A stretch of 64,000 nt of DNA from Candidatus Nanoarchaeia archaeon (GTDB lineage Archaea > Nanobdellota > Nanobdellia > Pacearchaeales > GW2011-AR1). The position numbers and the translations under genes are program-made. Numbering within the stretch: the stretch's first letter is position 1; each line of letters starts with the position of its first letter. The DNA is taken from contig JBAQGX010000003.1 of the NCBI GenBank assembly GCA_049288015.1, positions 138,034 through 202,033 of the forward strand. The letters are read 5' to 3'. Below the pieces are notes generated by a model. It saw only the letters and a program-made list of their open reading frames with translations, was not told where the DNA came from and did no database searches. Shown here one piece after another: positions 38,230 to 47,373 of the stretch.

Positions 38230-38730
38230 ATGAATGAAGATATTATTGGTGGTCTTAAGTCAGCTTTGACAAGAGGGTATTCCCTTGAAGAAGCCATGTT
38301 CTCTTTTTTTAATGCTGGATATAAAAAAGAAGATATTGAAGCAGCTGCAAAAACTCTTCAGGTTGAGTCAGAACCAAGAGATCTTGATTGGCAGCCTGAA
38401 CCTATTTGGGTGACAAGGCAAAGGATGCAAGGGAAGGTAGAAGCAGCTAAGTCTCCAATAGTTGTGGCACAAAAACAAAATTTTACTCCTCAAAGTATGA
38501 TGGTAGGTTCTAAACCAAAGCTTATAAGACAAGAGGTGCCTGAAACTAATATTGAGCCCGTTGTTGTTGCAACAGGCGTTTCTGCATATACTGCTCCAGA
38601 TTCAAGGATAAAAATAATAATTACACTTTTAGTAGTTCTTCTTGTATTACTGGCAGGTATTCTTGGACTTATCTTTTTATTCAGGCAACAGTTAATCCAA
38701 TTCTTCAATAGCTTATTCCAAAATGCCTGA
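38230..38730 (+). CDS. Hypothetical protein with C-terminal TM helix (166 aa)
   Basis: ORF with a C-terminal hydrophobic segment. Confidence 0.35.
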   Translation: MNEDIIGGLKSALTRGYSLEEAMFSFFNAGYKKEDIEAAAKTLQVESEPRDLDWQPEPIWVTRQRMQGKVEAAKSPIVVAQKQNFTPQSMMVGSKPKLIRQEVPETNIEPVVVATGVSAYTAPDSRIKIIITLLVVLLVLLAGILGLIFLFRQQLIQFFNSLFQNA

Positions 38731-39247
38731 AATTTATCAACCCGCAGAGGATTCCTTTTTTCTGAATAGTTTTTTGGTAAAAGAAATAAGAGAATTGAAA
38801 CAGAAAAAAATCTTGGACATGGGTTCCGGTTCCGGTTTCCAATCCAAAACATTGATAGAAAATGGAATTCATCCAGAAAATATTTTTTTGTCAGACATAA
38901 ATAAAGATGCAATAAATAATCTTAAGAAAGAATTCCCAAAATCCAGAGTAATTGAATCTGATTTGTTTAAGAATGTAAAAGATAAATTTGATTTGATCAT
39001 TTTTAATCCTCCTTATCTTCCAGAGGATAAATTTGATGCTGGTCTGGAAACAAGTGGAGGAAAAAAAGGGAGTAAAATAATAAACGAATTTCTTAAGCAG
39101 GCACGAAAACATCTTCTAAAAAATGGAAAAATATTGATTTTGACCAGCAGTTTTACAAAAGGGATTGACTGGATGGATTATAACCGAAAACTTTTAGGCA
39201 AAAAGAAAATTTTCTTTGAAGAACTTTATGTTTGGGAATTGATGTAA
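38723..39247 (+). CDS. HemK/Mtq2-like N5-glutamine methyltransferase
   Basis: SAM motif ILDMGSGSG and the NPPY substrate motif (IIFNPPYLP). Confidence 0.7.
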   Translation: MPEIYQPAEDSFFLNSFLVKEIRELKQKKILDMGSGSGFQSKTLIENGIHPENIFLSDINKDAINNLKKEFPKSRVIESDLFKNVKDKFDLIIFNPPYLPEDKFDAGLETSGGKKGSKIINEFLKQARKHLLKNGKILILTSSFTKGIDWMDYNRKLLGKKKIFFEELYVWELM

Positions 39248-39321
39248 GAACAGATAATAAAGTATAATCAATTTTATATATCTCCATAAGCTTGCAAAAT
39301 AATCTAAACCGGGGTAATAAA

Positions 39322-40482
39322 ATGGTCAAATTTACACATATGTCTGATGTTCACTTGGGAGGTTGGAAACAGCAGGCTTTGCAGGATCTTAATTTTGAGT
39401 CTTTTGCGGTCGTTATAGATGCTTCAATAAAAGAGAAAGTTGATTTCGTGCTTATTGCAGGAGATTTGTTTGATACAGCTTATCCTCCCATAGAAACACT
39501 TAAGAGAACGTTTATGGAGTTCAGAAAACTCAAGGAAGCAAGAATCCCTTGCTTTATTATTGCAGGAAGTCATGATTATTCGGTGTCTGGAAAAACTTTC
39601 CTAGATGTTCTAGAGAAAGCAGGATTTTGCAAAAATGTGGCTGACTTTGAAGAAAAAGATGGCAAGATAACCCTTAACCCCACAATATTCGGGGGGGTTG
39701 CGATTTATGGTTATCCTGGAAAGAGGTCGGGACTTGAAGTAGCTGATCTAAGAAGGGTCAAATTTAATGACTCTCCTGGGATGTTCAAGATTTTTATGCT
39801 GCATACAACTATTGACAAAGCTGTAGGAAAAATACCTACCGATTCTATTGAAACTGCACTTCTCCCAAAAGCAGACTACTATGCCTTAGGGCATTTGCAT
39901 ATTGATTATGAAAAGGATGGATTTGTTTATGCTGGTCCAACCTTCCCAAATAATTTTCAAGAACTTGCCGATTTAAAGAAAGGCAGATTTTATATTGTTG
40001 ATACTCAGTCAAAAAATCCGCTCAGGAAAATAGATATCAAATTGAAAGATGTGCAGTTCTTTGAGTTTATTATTACTGATGCATTGAAAGCAACAGAAAT
40101 GATAATTTCAGAATTGGATAGAAATGACTTGACAGACAAGATTGTTTTAATAAAAATAAGAGGAGAGTTAGAAAATGGAAAAACTTCGGATATTAAATTC
40201 TTAAAAATAGAAGAATTTCTAAAGCAAAAAAATGCATTCTTCATGCTCAGAAATACTCATGATCTTAAGCAAAAGGAAGTGGGGTTGGAAATTGAAGTAA
40301 AGGATTCTGAGAATATTGAGGATGATACGCTGAGAATTTATTCAGATCAGAATCCATCGAAATTTAATCTGTCAATTCCTTTGCTCCTAAATTCATTATC
40401 AATAGAAAAACAGGAGGGAGAAACTTCAGAGACTTTTCTGAATAGATTAGTTTCCGAGACTAAAAAAGTTTTGAGTTTTTAG
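39322..40482 (+). CDS. mre11: DNA double-strand break repair nuclease Mre11
   Basis: Phosphoesterase motifs HMSDVHLG, AGDLFD, GSHD, GHLH. ATG at 39322 follows a GGGGT RBS; the listed TTG at 39292 is less likely. Confidence 0.85.
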   Translation: MVKFTHMSDVHLGGWKQQALQDLNFESFAVVIDASIKEKVDFVLIAGDLFDTAYPPIETLKRTFMEFRKLKEARIPCFIIAGSHDYSVSGKTFLDVLEKAGFCKNVADFEEKDGKITLNPTIFGGVAIYGYPGKRSGLEVADLRRVKFNDSPGMFKIFMLHTTIDKAVGKIPTDSIETALLPKADYYALGHLHIDYEKDGFVYAGPTFPNNFQELADLKKGRFYIVDTQSKNPLRKIDIKLKDVQFFEFIITDALKATEMIISELDRNDLTDKIVLIKIRGELENGKTSDIKFLKIEEFLKQKNAFFMLRNTHDLKQKEVGLEIEVKDSENIEDDTLRIYSDQNPSKFNLSIPLLLNSLSIEKQEGETSETFLNRLVSETKKVLSF

Positions 40483-42531
40483 ATGAGAATAAAAAAAATA
40501 GTTCTGGAGAATATAAGGAGTTATGAATTTCAGGAGATAACTTTTCCAGAAGGTTCTACTCTTCTTGCAGGAGATATAGGTAGTGGTAAGACTTCTATTC
40601 TTCTTGGGATAGAATTTGCACTGTTCGGATTGCAGCCTGGACAAAAGGGAAATTCTTTATTGAGAAATGGATCAGACAACGGAAAGGTAATGATTGAATT
40701 TGAAGTCGATGGAGATAGTATATCCGTTGAGAGAATATTGAAGAGGGGAAAATCAATTTCGCAGGATTATTGTGCAATATCTATGAATGGCGAGGACAAA
40801 AAAGAAATATCTGTAACGGAATTAAAGAGCAAGATACTTGATCTGCTTAATTATCCTAAAGAATTTTCAAAAAAACAGAACCTTTTGTATAAATTCACAG
40901 TTTACACTCCTCAGGAAGAGATGAAAGAAATAATTCTTGAAGATCCGGAAGTAAGAATCAATACATTAAGACATATTTTCGGTATTGACAAGTATAAGAG
41001 GATTCTTGAAAATACTTCGTTGCTGTTGTCTAGGATAAGAGAAGAAAGAAGAACTAAAGAAGGAGCGACAGAAACATTGGACCAAGATAAGTTGGAGTTG
41101 GTTTCAAAAGAGGAAGAATTGGAATCAAAATATTATAATCTGTCTTCAATGGAAAAAGAATTGTTTGTTAAGAAAGAGAATAGGAATAAGATCGAAGAAG
41201 AACGAGCTGAAATTGCAGAGCAGATAGAAAAAAAGAGAAAATTCCAACAAGAAATAGAGAAGACAAATTTGATGATATTTAACAAAAAATCTTCCATATC
41301 AGACAATCTTAAATTGATTGACCAGATTAAATTTCAGATAAGAAATCTTGAGAATGTTTCTTTTGACGAGGGAAGAATAAATAAGATAGACGAAGATATT
41401 GAAATGAAGAAGCACGAAAAGGAAGAACTAAATGAAAAGATTCTTGATTTGAATTCTCAGATTGCATCATTAAATTCTAAGAATGAGACGAACAAAATTC
41501 TTGAAAAGAAGATTTCTAATTTAGAAATATGTCCTACATGTTTGCAGAATGTTGATTCAGTTTACAAAGCTAATATTATGAACAATGCACATTCAGATAC
41601 TTTTGAAAATACAAAAAAGATAGAATCTCTGGAATTCAGTAAAAAGAATCTGATGGAAAAATCTAGGAATATAAATTTGGATATTTCTTCAAAAGAAAAA
41701 GAGCTTACTGATTTGAAGATATTAAAAGTTAGATTGGAAGGTATAAAAGAAAGAAAAGAAAGGCTTCATGAAATTGAAATAACAAGCATCTCCCTTGAGA
41801 AGGATATTGATATGCTGAAGCAGCATGTTGAAAATTTGAACACTTCTGTTTTTGAACTGAACAAGTTTGATGCAATATACGAAGAAAAGCAGAGACAGCT
41901 TGAAGATGCACGTTCTGAAGAGATGGATGCAGGAATAAAAGTTGCAGAACTGAGAAAGGAGATTGAAGTTTTTTCAAATAATATAGAATCTCTAAAAGAA
42001 AGAATAAATAAAATAGAAGCCCTGAAAAAACAGCTGGATTATCTGAATGAGCTGGAAAATTGGCTTTCAAAAAATTTCTCGCCTCTTATTTCTCTTATTG
42101 AAAAGAATGTTATGGTAAAACTTAAGGCAGAGTTCTCAAAATCTTTTTCAGAATGGTTTAGTATGCTTGTATCAGACAATTTTCAAGTAAGGTTAAATGA
42201 TGATTTTACACCAGTGATAGAACAGCAAGATTACGAATTGGATTATGCTTACCTGTCTGGAGGAGAGAGGACCGCAATTGCGCTTGCATACAGGCTTTCT
42301 CTGAATCAAGTCATAAATTCATTTTTGAGCAAGATAAAGACTAGGGATCTGGTCATTTTGGACGAGCCAACAGACGGATTTTCAGATCAGCAGCTTGACA
42401 AGATGCGTGGGGTTTTGGAACAATTAAACGTTAAGCAGCTCATAGTTGTCAGCCATGAACAGAAAATAGAAAGCTTTGTAGACAACATAATAAAAATGAA
42501 AAAGGAACAGGGAATTTCCAAGACCGAATAA
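40483..42531 (+). CDS. rad50: DNA double-strand break repair ATPase Rad50
   Basis: Walker A GDIGSGKTS, long coiled coil with CPTC zinc hook, ABC signature LSGGER, Walker B ILDEPT. Start abuts the mre11 stop. Confidence 0.9.
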   Translation: MRIKKIVLENIRSYEFQEITFPEGSTLLAGDIGSGKTSILLGIEFALFGLQPGQKGNSLLRNGSDNGKVMIEFEVDGDSISVERILKRGKSISQDYCAISMNGEDKKEISVTELKSKILDLLNYPKEFSKKQNLLYKFTVYTPQEEMKEIILEDPEVRINTLRHIFGIDKYKRILENTSLLLSRIREERRTKEGATETLDQDKLELVSKEEELESKYYNLSSMEKELFVKKENRNKIEEERAEIAEQIEKKRKFQQEIEKTNLMIFNKKSSISDNLKLIDQIKFQIRNLENVSFDEGRINKIDEDIEMKKHEKEELNEKILDLNSQIASLNSKNETNKILEKKISNLEICPTCLQNVDSVYKANIMNNAHSDTFENTKKIESLEFSKKNLMEKSRNINLDISSKEKELTDLKILKVRLEGIKERKERLHEIEITSISLEKDIDMLKQHVENLNTSVFELNKFDAIYEEKQRQLEDARSEEMDAGIKVAELRKEIEVFSNNIESLKERINKIEALKKQLDYLNELENWLSKNFSPLISLIEKNVMVKLKAEFSKSFSEWFSMLVSDNFQVRLNDDFTPVIEQQDYELDYAYLSGGERTAIALAYRLSLNQVINSFLSKIKTRDLVILDEPTDGFSDQQLDKMRGVLEQLNVKQLIVVSHEQKIESFVDNIIKMKKEQGISKTE

Positions 42532-42581
42532 TTTTAAAACACTACCTCTAAATATATAAATCAAAAAAATTCTTAAAAAAG

Positions 42582-42851
42582 ATGGCAGAAATAGAACTAA
42601 CAGGCTTAAAGAGATTAGAGATAATATTAAAGAACCCAAAAAATTTTGACTCGAGACGTGATATTTCAGATAAAGATATAACTCCTGAAACAAAGTTTAG
42701 AGACTTGGGTTTTGACAGTCTTGATCTCCGTGAACTTGCATATCATGTAGAAAGAGAATTTGAGGTAGTTATCCCAGATGGTATAATATGTGATCTTGAA
42801 AAGGCAGGAGATTACCTTGATTATATATCAAAATATGAAAAAAGCTGCTAG
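42582..42851 (+). CDS. Acyl/peptidyl carrier protein-like (phosphopantetheine-attachment motif)
   Basis: DLGFDSLDLRELAYHVEREFEVVIPD closely matches the ACP consensus LG(x)DSLDxVEL...EEEFxIxIPD, with the modifiable Ser in DSL. Confidence 0.55.
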   Translation: MAEIELTGLKRLEIILKNPKNFDSRRDISDKDITPETKFRDLGFDSLDLRELAYHVEREFEVVIPDGIICDLEKAGDYLDYISKYEKSC

Positions 42852-42923
42852 AACTCATGTCCAACACAGTCCGAAAAGTTTATAAAATGCCTAATCTCTA
42901 GTAAATTATAAATTCTAGTAATT

Positions 42924-43574
42924 TTGAGGTTATATTCTAATAATAAAATGGATCAAGAACTAAAGGGTTCAATGAAGACCGGAACAACAATATTGGGTAT
43001 TGTTTGTAAAGACGGAGTTGTAATGGCCGCAGATAGAAGAGGCACTGCAGGCGGTATGGTTGTAAGCAAAAGTACACAGAAAGTCTTCTCCATAAATGAT
43101 TACCTAGTTATTTCTGGATGTGGGTTGGCAATGGAAATACAAAAGGTTCCAAAGTACCTTACTGCAGAATTAAAACTCAAAGAATTGAGATCAAAGGTAA
43201 GACCTTCAGTGAAGCAGGCAGCTAGTTTGCTTTCTAATATAGGCCTTTCAGGCCAGTCTGCATTCTTATTGGCCGGATTCAACGAAGATGGTACAACTGA
43301 GCTTTATTCAACAGATCCTATAGGGCATATTGAGAAAGTAGAAGATTATGATGCTAACTTTGGTTCAGGAATGCCTTTCGTATTGGGTTTCTTGGAAAGA
43401 GAGTATAAAAAAGGAATAAGTATCGAGGAAGGAGTAAAGCTTGCAGTAGAGTCTATTAAATCTTCAACACAAAGAGATACTGGTTCGGGAAATGGAATTG
43501 ATGTTTTTACCATAACAAAGGATGGAATTAAAAAAGTTGTTGATCAGGAAATAAAGCCAAATTACGGCGACTAA
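42924..43574 (+). CDS. psmB: Proteasome subunit beta (with propeptide)
   Basis: Propeptide, then a G|TTILGIVCKDGVVMAADRR mature N-terminal Thr nucleophile context. Confidence 0.9.
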   Translation: MRLYSNNKMDQELKGSMKTGTTILGIVCKDGVVMAADRRGTAGGMVVSKSTQKVFSINDYLVISGCGLAMEIQKVPKYLTAELKLKELRSKVRPSVKQAASLLSNIGLSGQSAFLLAGFNEDGTTELYSTDPIGHIEKVEDYDANFGSGMPFVLGFLEREYKKGISIEEGVKLAVESIKSSTQRDTGSGNGIDVFTITKDGIKKVVDQEIKPNYGD

Positions 43575-43598
43575 TTATATTCATATTATTCTATAAAA

Positions 43599-45485
43599 AT
43601 GACAGATATTTTGAAAAGTATAAAAGAGCAGCTTAATGCAAAAATTACTGAAGCAAATTTCGAAGGGGCAAATATAGTTCTTTATACAGATAATGAGAAT
43701 TTCTTCAAGGAAGGAGAAGGAAAAATAAAAGAGATAGTGGAGCAGATCAAAAAGAGGGTTGAGCTAAGAGCTGATGAAAAAATTCTTACAGAGAAAGAAG
43801 AGGCAAAAAAAATAATTAGGAAAATTGTTCCGGAAGAAGCTGAAATAACGGACATTTTATTTGATGATCACAGAAGTATTGTTGTAATTGAAGCAAAAAA
43901 ACTTGGTCTAGTAATTGGGAAGATGGGTTCTTTATTCTCGGATATAAGAAGGCAGACATTTTGGACGCCACAAGTTCAGAGATCCCCTGCAATTAAAAGT
44001 CCAATCACTGAAAACATAAGAGAAGTCCTTTATTCAAACAGTGCATACAGAAGAAAATTCCTTAATTCTATTGGAGAAAAAATCTACAAAGAATGGAGTT
44101 CTGAAAAGAAAGAAGAGTGGATAAGACTTACTTTCTTGGGAAGTGGTCGTCAAGTTGGTAGAAGTTGCCTATTGCTTCAGACCCCAAATTCAAAAATTTT
44201 GATTGATTGCGGTATTGATGTAGCCTCTTCAGGAGATGAAAAATTCCCACACTTCAATATTCCTGAGTTCAACATAAACGATCTCGATGCAGTTGTTATA
44301 AGTCACGCTCACCTTGATCATGTAGGCTTATTGCCTTATCTGTATAAGATGGGTTATAAAGGACCTACATACATGACCACTCCTTCAAGAGATCTTGCAG
44401 CTCTTACTGCTCTTGATTTCATCGGTGTTGCATACAAGCAAGCGGCCCAGCCTCTGTTTGGTTCAAAAGATATTAAAGAGATGGTAAAGCATACCGTTTG
44501 CTTGAACTTTAATGAAGTCACGGATATCGCTCCAGACATAAGAATTACTTTTTATAATTCTGGACACGCACTTGGAAGCGCAATGGTTCACTTTAATATT
44601 GGAAATGGTTTGCACAATTTCTTGTATACTGCAGATTTCAAATATATTAAGACAAGATTGCTTGATCCTGCTGTCGCAAATTTCCCCCGTGTTGAATCTA
44701 TTTTGACGGAAGCTACTTATGGTGCGAAAGAAGATGTTCTCCCTCCAAGAATTGAATCCGAAGAAAAACTATTGGATGTTATTAAAAGAACAATAGATAG
44801 AGGAGGAAAAGTTTTAATTCCAGAATTAGGTTTGGGAAGAGCTCAAGAGTCAATGTTGATAATTGAAGATGCCATTAGTAAAGGAAATCTAAAAGAGGTT
44901 CCGGTATATATTGATGGAATGATTTGGGATATAAATGCAATTCACACCGCTTATCCTGATTTTTTGAGTAGCAATGTTAGGAACAAAGTTTTCCAAGATC
45001 AAAATCCTTTTGTGTCACCAATTTTCTCGAGAGTTGGTTCTCCTTTGGAAAGAAAGAAAGTTATTGAAGGCGGACCTTGCATTGTTCTTGCAACTTCTGG
45101 TATGCTTGTAGGTGGAGCATCTGTTGAATATTTCAGGGAGTTTGCCGGAAATGAAAAAAATTCTATTGTATTTGTTTGTTATCAGGGTATTGGTAGTTTA
45201 GGAAGGCAAGTTCAAGAAGGATTAAAGGAAACAAAGTTAATGTCTGAAGGAAAAGAAGAGAACGTAAAAGTGAATATGGAAGTTCACACAATTGAAGGGT
45301 TGAGTGCCCACGCTGGAAGAAATGAAATTATCTCATTCTTTAATAATATAAAACCAAAGCCAAAAAGAATAATGATCAATCACGGCGAAGTTTCAAAGTG
45401 TCTTGATTTATCTTCAACACTTTACAAAATGAATAGGGTTGAAACAAATGTCCCAAGAAATTTGGAAACAATAAGACTAAAATAA
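43599..45485 (+). CDS. fttA: aCPSF1/FttA (KH-KH-MBL-beta-CASP transcription termination / RNA cleavage factor)
   Basis: Two N-terminal KH-like segments, VISHAHLDHVGLLPY HxHxDH motif, and beta-CASP motifs through to a C-terminal His. 628 aa. Confidence 0.85.
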   Translation: MTDILKSIKEQLNAKITEANFEGANIVLYTDNENFFKEGEGKIKEIVEQIKKRVELRADEKILTEKEEAKKIIRKIVPEEAEITDILFDDHRSIVVIEAKKLGLVIGKMGSLFSDIRRQTFWTPQVQRSPAIKSPITENIREVLYSNSAYRRKFLNSIGEKIYKEWSSEKKEEWIRLTFLGSGRQVGRSCLLLQTPNSKILIDCGIDVASSGDEKFPHFNIPEFNINDLDAVVISHAHLDHVGLLPYLYKMGYKGPTYMTTPSRDLAALTALDFIGVAYKQAAQPLFGSKDIKEMVKHTVCLNFNEVTDIAPDIRITFYNSGHALGSAMVHFNIGNGLHNFLYTADFKYIKTRLLDPAVANFPRVESILTEATYGAKEDVLPPRIESEEKLLDVIKRTIDRGGKVLIPELGLGRAQESMLIIEDAISKGNLKEVPVYIDGMIWDINAIHTAYPDFLSSNVRNKVFQDQNPFVSPIFSRVGSPLERKKVIEGGPCIVLATSGMLVGGASVEYFREFAGNEKNSIVFVCYQGIGSLGRQVQEGLKETKLMSEGKEENVKVNMEVHTIEGLSAHAGRNEIISFFNNIKPKPKRIMINHGEVSKCLDLSSTLYKMNRVETNVPRNLETIRLK

Positions 45486-45488
45486 ACT

Positions 45489-45845
45489 TTAATTTGCCAT
45501 ATCTTCTAGATCTAACTTTGCACTCTCTCTTAGATTTCTATATTCAATAGCTCTATTCGCTTTTATTGCCTTTTCGACTCCAAGATTCATCTCATTGCTA
45601 ATTCCTAAATTCATGTAAACAATTGTTGCATCTGCAGGCCTGTCTATCATAGCTAGATATGATTCAATACCTCTTTTTTTCTTATTTTTTATCAATTTAT
45701 CATAGAATAAATGAGAAGGAATAGGAATCTCTCTATAATTAAATAAACATTCCATAATGCACTTTCTTATATATTTTGAATCTCTCTTTTTGTTCGTGCT
45801 TCTTTTTCCCTCGTAAGGCGTTTCTAGAACAACTATTAGTGGCAT
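45489..45845 (-). CDS. Hypothetical protein, possibly DUF4406-like
   Basis: C-terminal GISNEMNLGVEKAIKANRAIEY resembles the GWExSxGAxxExxxA motif of DUF4406. Low confidence. Confidence 0.3.
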   Translation of the reverse strand: MPLIVVLETPYEGKRSTNKKRDSKYIRKCIMECLFNYREIPIPSHLFYDKLIKNKKKRGIESYLAMIDRPADATIVYMNLGISNEMNLGVEKAIKANRAIEYRNLRESAKLDLEDMAN

Positions 45846-45896
45846 TAAACCTTCAAATAAAAATTATTTTTAAAGATTTATATTAAAAAAAAGTAA

Positions 45897-46637
45897 TTAT
45901 TGAAAACTCTGGGGATTTTGGTTAATAATTGCCTGTGCCATAACATCTGCAAATGTCCCCATCTGAAGATATGCAGCATCAAGGTCGTTATAGTAAGCAA
46001 CATAATTACCCGAATTCCAATCATCTATGGCTGCTTTTATATCAGCAAGATGCTGGTACACTAAGGAGGTTATTGTTGCTGAATCAATAACAGGATATGG
46101 ATTACTTGTAGTCTGCCAAAATGCTACAATTTGAGGTACATATGCAACTAGTGCACTATTATAATAGAACATTGCATTTGTATCATTGTTCCTAAGAGAT
46201 TGGCTATAATTAATAAAAATATTTGCTTTTACATTCCACAAATTAACCAATTCCGAGGAGTTGCTTCCATATATAGGGTTTAGGATAGCCGCAACCTGAT
46301 TGTTGTTAGTTTGAAGTTGGCTTAAAACAGCATTATACGCAGCATTTGTAGGCGCACGACGAGCAGTTTCAGTCAATAAAAAGGCATTTGCCTGTAATAA
46401 ATCATGAAGGTTAGAATCAAAAACACTCGCAGAACTGTCAATATTAAGTTTAGCCGATTGAAGTTGAGATTGTAGCCCTATAACCTGTGATTGAGATTCT
46501 TGGAGTTGCGAATTAAGACTAACAACCTGTGACTGAGACGAAGAATAAAGTATGACTGCGACAACTACAACAAGAAATAAAACAATTGACAGTGAAATAA
46601 CAAGCCCATTATTCTTCTTCTGTACCCCTCTTGCCAT
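45897..46637 (-). CDS. Membrane-anchored extracellular protein, Q/N/S-rich with coiled-coil region
   Basis: N-terminal TM anchor (LVISLSIVLFLVVVVAVILY), then low-complexity SQSQ repeats. Confidence 0.4.
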   Translation of the reverse strand: MARGVQKKNNGLVISLSIVLFLVVVVAVILYSSSQSQVVSLNSQLQESQSQVIGLQSQLQSAKLNIDSSASVFDSNLHDLLQANAFLLTETARRAPTNAAYNAVLSQLQTNNNQVAAILNPIYGSNSSELVNLWNVKANIFINYSQSLRNNDTNAMFYYNSALVAYVPQIVAFWQTTSNPYPVIDSATITSLVYQHLADIKAAIDDWNSGNYVAYYNDLDAAYLQMGTFADVMAQAIINQNPQSFQ

Positions 46638-46741
46638 CTTTTCTTTACTGATTATAGAATATATTATTTATAAACTTTGTCAATAAAGCTCCTACAGACT
46701 TGAATAATTAACTTTAAAAATGAATTTTTTCTAGGTAGCTT

Positions 46742-47314
46742 ATGACACAAGGGATGTATCATTATATTGGGAAGGCATGGGAGAAGCCAGATCAGAAAGT
46801 TTTGAGACAGAGAATGATCGACTGGAGAGCTTCTCATTCGATTGTAAATGTTGATAAGCCACTTAGACTAGACAGAGCGAGGGAACTTGGATACAAAGCA
46901 AAAAAAGGATTCGTTGTTGTAAGAGTTAGAATTGGAAGAGGAGGACATAAAAGAACTCGTCCAACTGGAGGAAGAAGGAGTAAGAGATTGCACATAAGAA
47001 AAAATCTTAAGATGAATTATAAGTGGATTGCGGAGCAGAGAGCCGCAAGAAAATTCACAAATCTGGAAGTGCTTAATTCTTATCTTATCGGTAAAGATGG
47101 TGTAAATTATTTCTATGAAATTATTCTTGTAGATCCTGAAAGGCCCGAGATAAAGAATGATAAAAATATAAATTGGATTGCAAAACCCGGAAATAGGGGA
47201 AGAGTCTTCAGAGGACTTACTTCTTCTGGAAAGAAGTCGCGTGGTTTGAGAAAGAAGTCTAGAGAAATGAAAGTAAGGCCATCAATAAGGGCAAGAGGAA
47301 GACTCGGCAAATAG
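46742..47314 (+). CDS. rpl15e: Ribosomal protein L15e (eL15)
   Basis: MYHYIGKAWEKP start and a basic profile typical of eL15. 190 aa. Confidence 0.85.
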   Translation: MTQGMYHYIGKAWEKPDQKVLRQRMIDWRASHSIVNVDKPLRLDRARELGYKAKKGFVVVRVRIGRGGHKRTRPTGGRRSKRLHIRKNLKMNYKWIAEQRAARKFTNLEVLNSYLIGKDGVNYFYEIILVDPERPEIKNDKNINWIAKPGNRGRVFRGLTSSGKKSRGLRKKSREMKVRPSIRARGRLGK

Positions 47315-47373
47315 GATTTCTGCATAAACTTAAAAACATCTTTTGTTTTAATTTCTAATCTTTTAAAGGGGCC

